A program made the translations under genes and the position numbers. DNA of 64,000 nt from an uncultured Acidobacteriaceae bacterium (GTDB lineage: Bacteria; Acidobacteriota; Terriglobia; Terriglobales; Acidobacteriaceae): contig CAWGDH010000019.1 of assembly GCA_963821215.1 (NCBI GenBank), positions 130,858 through 194,857 of the forward strand, given 5' to 3'. The notes under the pieces were generated by a model. The model ran no database searches, was not told the DNA's origin, and saw nothing but the letters and a program-made list of their open reading frames with translations. This document shows, one piece after another, positions 61,633-64,000 of this stretch; position 1 is the first letter of the stretch; every line of letters begins with the position of its first letter.

Positions 61633-62931
61633 TTACTCACCCGATAGAGTTGTGGACTTGTATGCATAAACTTCTTCCTTTCTGGTAGCCATCAAGCTGA
61701 GTGTCCCCAGCGGGCTGAGTTCTGAAGAGACACGAAGGGTGTCGTCGAGCCAGTCGAAAACGCGCTGATGGTAGAGACTTCTGCTCAGCGATTCGCAATG
61801 GCCGCCGGCTCCTTCGGCGGCGGTGAAATGGACAAGATGCTTGGGGCAGCGGAGGGCCGAGTAGAGTCTCTTCGCTTGCGCCGATTGCGGATCGCTTTCC
61901 CACGTGGTGATCAGCGTTGGGCACGAAATTCTGTCAGCGACTCCGCTGATTGCGAACTCCCTCAACTTGAGCGTCAGGTCATACATTGAGTCCACTCCGT
62001 GGACCCAGAAACTGCGCTGCAGAATGCGCCACCGTGTCATTGGGTCGACGTTCGGAGATCGGAGTTGTTTCTCGAGCGATGTAAAAAGCGCCGGTTCGAT
62101 TTTCGGAAACCTGGCGATGATCTCGGGGGATAGGTGAAACGTTTTAAGATCGACTTCCTGGTCCCACAGCCCGGGGGCGGCAATCAGCGCCGCTATCCTT
62201 TTCTCGAATGCCGCGGCCCGGGGCGCAAGAAATCCCCCAAAGCCCCAGCCAGCCAGAACGATCTGTTTCGGATTGACTTCAGGCCGGGTAAGAAGATAAT
62301 CCACGGCCGCGCGCACTACGGTTTCCCAGTCGGGGCGAAGGGAGGAGTTATCCCGTATAAGGTTGCGCCCTTGCCCCGGGCCATCGAGCAGGAGGCAGTT
62401 GTATCCTCTGCGAACGGCGGCGGGGCCGTGTCCAAAGTACATCTCCTGAATATTCGAGTCGTCGCTGTTGACGTGAAGCAGGGTTGGGCGCGTTAAACGA
62501 TACTGAGACGGGCATAGAAAATAACCGGGAAGCGAAGCTGTTTCGAAGGGCACCTCAACGGACTCGATGGGGAATTCTCCAAGCTTCGCAGCGCAATGGA
62601 AGGCGTCCGTCTCCCGCTCAAACGCGTCCGCCAGCCATGGGTCTACGGGGTAACCAAAGAGCGGGAAGTAGGAGACATGATAGTAAGTGGAGGCGCGGAA
62701 ATAAGCCTCGCGCGCACTGATGAGGTGACCGGCCTGTTCACAGGTTCGGGCGATTGCAAAGACCCGTTCGGCGGTGTTGGTCCATTCTCGATACCAATTC
62801 TCGGCAGTGCCGTTGCTGATCCGCTCGAAGGTCGAGAAGCACTCGGCGATATCTGCTCCGCCATAGATCACGCGGGCCAGCGCTCTTGCTCCAAACGCCT
62901 GCCATGCCGGATTGTTGCTTGGGATGGGCAC
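61633..62931 (-). CDS. Alpha/beta-hydrolase-fold protein (DUF1100 / dienelactone-hydrolase-like)
   Basis: Nucleophile-elbow-like LAGWGFGG, in a 432-aa protein with an N-terminal helical cap. Confidence 0.7.
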   Translation of the reverse strand: MPIPSNNPAWQAFGARALARVIYGGADIAECFSTFERISNGTAENWYREWTNTAERVFAIARTCEQAGHLISAREAYFRASTYYHVSYFPLFGYPVDPWLADAFERETDAFHCAAKLGEFPIESVEVPFETASLPGYFLCPSQYRLTRPTLLHVNSDDSNIQEMYFGHGPAAVRRGYNCLLLDGPGQGRNLIRDNSSLRPDWETVVRAAVDYLLTRPEVNPKQIVLAGWGFGGFLAPRAAAFEKRIAALIAAPGLWDQEVDLKTFHLSPEIIARFPKIEPALFTSLEKQLRSPNVDPMTRWRILQRSFWVHGVDSMYDLTLKLREFAISGVADRISCPTLITTWESDPQSAQAKRLYSALRCPKHLVHFTAAEGAGGHCESLSRSLYHQRVFDWLDDTLRVSSELSPLGTLSLMATRKEEVYAYKSTTLSGE

Positions 62932-63168
62932 TATTTTTACCTTTCAGAAACATTCCGGAACGCCGATCGCCGCGGTGTGACTGCCTGACTTTCGGCTTTC
63001 TGTTGATGGAATCTTGCCTGGTCAGGAGGGCGAAGACCATGGACTGGCGCTGAATTGGAGGTGAACCGGCAAGCTTCTGATTTACAATGGCTTACACGCG
63101 CAGATCACCAGCCATGCAAATCCGAAAACTTCGCCTGCCTCACCTGCGCGAACCTGGGGGTGGACCGT

Positions 63169-64000
63169 ATGAAGGGCCCTATTTCGCAATGGACCTCAGC
63201 GGGGAGAGCGACCATCGGGGCGCCGCACAAAGCTCCGGCGCATGAGTTTGTCCGCTTCGGGATATTCGAACTTGATCTGCGCTCCAGCGAGTTGCGCCGC
63301 AAAGGCGTCAAGGTGAAGCTGCAACAGCAACCCTTCGAGATACTTCGCCTACTCGTGGCGCGTCCGGGGCAGTTCGTATCACGAGAATCGATTCAGAAGA
63401 CTCTGTGGCCCGATAATTACTTCGTCGATTTCGAGGGAAGCATCAACACAGCCGTCATGAAGCTCCGGCGTGCGCTTCGAGAGGACGCCAATTCACCTAC
63501 CTATATCGAAACGGTGGCACGGAACGGCTACAGGTGGATCGCGCCCATCATTGAGGAAGCCCCGCCGCAGAACACAGGAATCCGAGCGATTGCTATTCTG
63601 CCGCTTCAGGATCTCTCCGGTATTCCGGACAGTGAATATTTCGTGGATGGGCTGACGGACGCGCTGATAACAGAAATGGCGCAACGCTCAGAGCTGCATG
63701 TTTTATCTCGGATGACGACCGTGCGATACAAGCACTCGCAGCTGAGCATGCAGCAAATTGCCAAGGAATTGAACGTGCAAGCAGTGGTTGAGGGATCCAT
63801 TCTTCGCTCTGGAGATCGCATCCGAGTTTCAGCACGGCTCCTTGACGCGATCGAAGACAGGCATCTCTGGGCGCAGACGTACGACCGTAATCTCCAGGAC
63901 ATCCTCATTCTTCAACAGGATGTCGTAACAGCGATCGTTACTTCCGCGGCGCTTGCTCTGAAGCAGGACGTTTTGTCATCTGCTCCAAGGCAAATTAACC
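63169..64000 (+). CDS. CadC/OmpR-type winged-helix regulator fused to a TolB-N-like domain (3'-partial; runs off the window)
   Basis: Not in the ORF track because there is no stop in the window. Hand translation: FGIFELDLRSSELRRKGVKVKLQQQPFEILRLLVARPGQFVSRESIQKTLWPD...YIETVARNGYRW, then IAILPLQDLSG..EYFVDGLTDALITEM. The start at ATG 63169 is tentative. Confidence 0.75.
   Translation, partial: MKGPISQWTSAGRATIGAPHKAPAHEFVRFGIFELDLRSSELRRKGVKVKLQQQPFEILRLLVARPGQFVSRESIQKTLWPDNYFVDFEGSINTAVMKLRRALREDANSPTYIETVARNGYRWIAPIIEEAPPQNTGIRAIAILPLQDLSGIPDSEYFVDGLTDALITEMAQRSELHVLSRMTTVRYKHSQLSMQQIAKELNVQAVVEGSILRSGDRIRVSARLLDAIEDRHLWAQTYDRNLQDILILQQDVVTAIVTSAALALKQDVLSSAPRQIN

Overview
High-GC chromosomal segment that looks acidobacterial (Terriglobia-like). 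The call rests on two PadR + ADOP 'acidobacterial duplicated orphan permease' pairs and on TIGR03435-type soil-associated proteins. I have not done a database search.

Layout:
- 1-8.35 kb: exopolysaccharide / O-antigen-type locus. It holds an LbH acetyltransferase, a Wza-like exporter, a Wzc-like co-polymerase/tyrosine kinase, a Wzy-like polymerase and three glycosyltransferases with ATGA-type overlaps.
- 8.6-8.95 kb: a roughly 310-bp palindrome with 110-bp arms.
- 9-12.2 kb: KDG/Entner-Doudoroff-type module (cupin, Eda aldolase, PfkB kinase, IclR regulator).
- 12.3-14.5 kb: an orphan PqqD/RRE-like gene divergent from an ABC exporter.
- 14.5-24.7 kb: housekeeping and catabolic genes. These are zwf, a DUF3309-like micro-ORF, an SDR, a secreted glycosidase-like protein, and a DSD1 PLP enzyme / amidohydrolase-like / Gfo-Idh-MocA / MFS operon.
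- 24.8-36.2 kb: accessory island bracketed by a 1.2/1.8-kb direct duplication. It carries a bufferin-like MNIO RiPP operon (Sec-signal four-Cys precursor + DUF692 + DUF2063), plus DUF1223, DoxX, an SDR, a truncated ECF sigma, an ABM monooxygenase, a beta-propeller lactonase and vapBC.
- 36-39.8 kb: tandem TIGR03435 ORFs, a multicopper oxidase, and a tRNA-Cys(GCA) with an odd D-arm.
- 40.6-51.5 kb: a GT39 mannosyltransferase-like protein and two convergent PadR-ADOP modules. The modules flank a Tat-secreted beta-helix protein and an orphan Pro-rich membrane protein.
- 51.5-57.6 kb: patchwork of toxin-antitoxin genes and remnants, DinB, a beta-lactamase-fold hydrolase and a frameshifted SGNH hydrolase, separated by dispersed repeats.
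- 57.7-64 kb: membrane protein, arylsulfatase, OM beta-barrel, alpha/beta hydrolase, and a 3'-partial CadC-like winged-helix regulator.

The best candidate for something new is the MNIO/DUF2063 operon with its CKGQxxC-repeat precursor and the repeat-bracketed island that carries it. All function calls come from reading motifs in the translations. None has been verified by a search.
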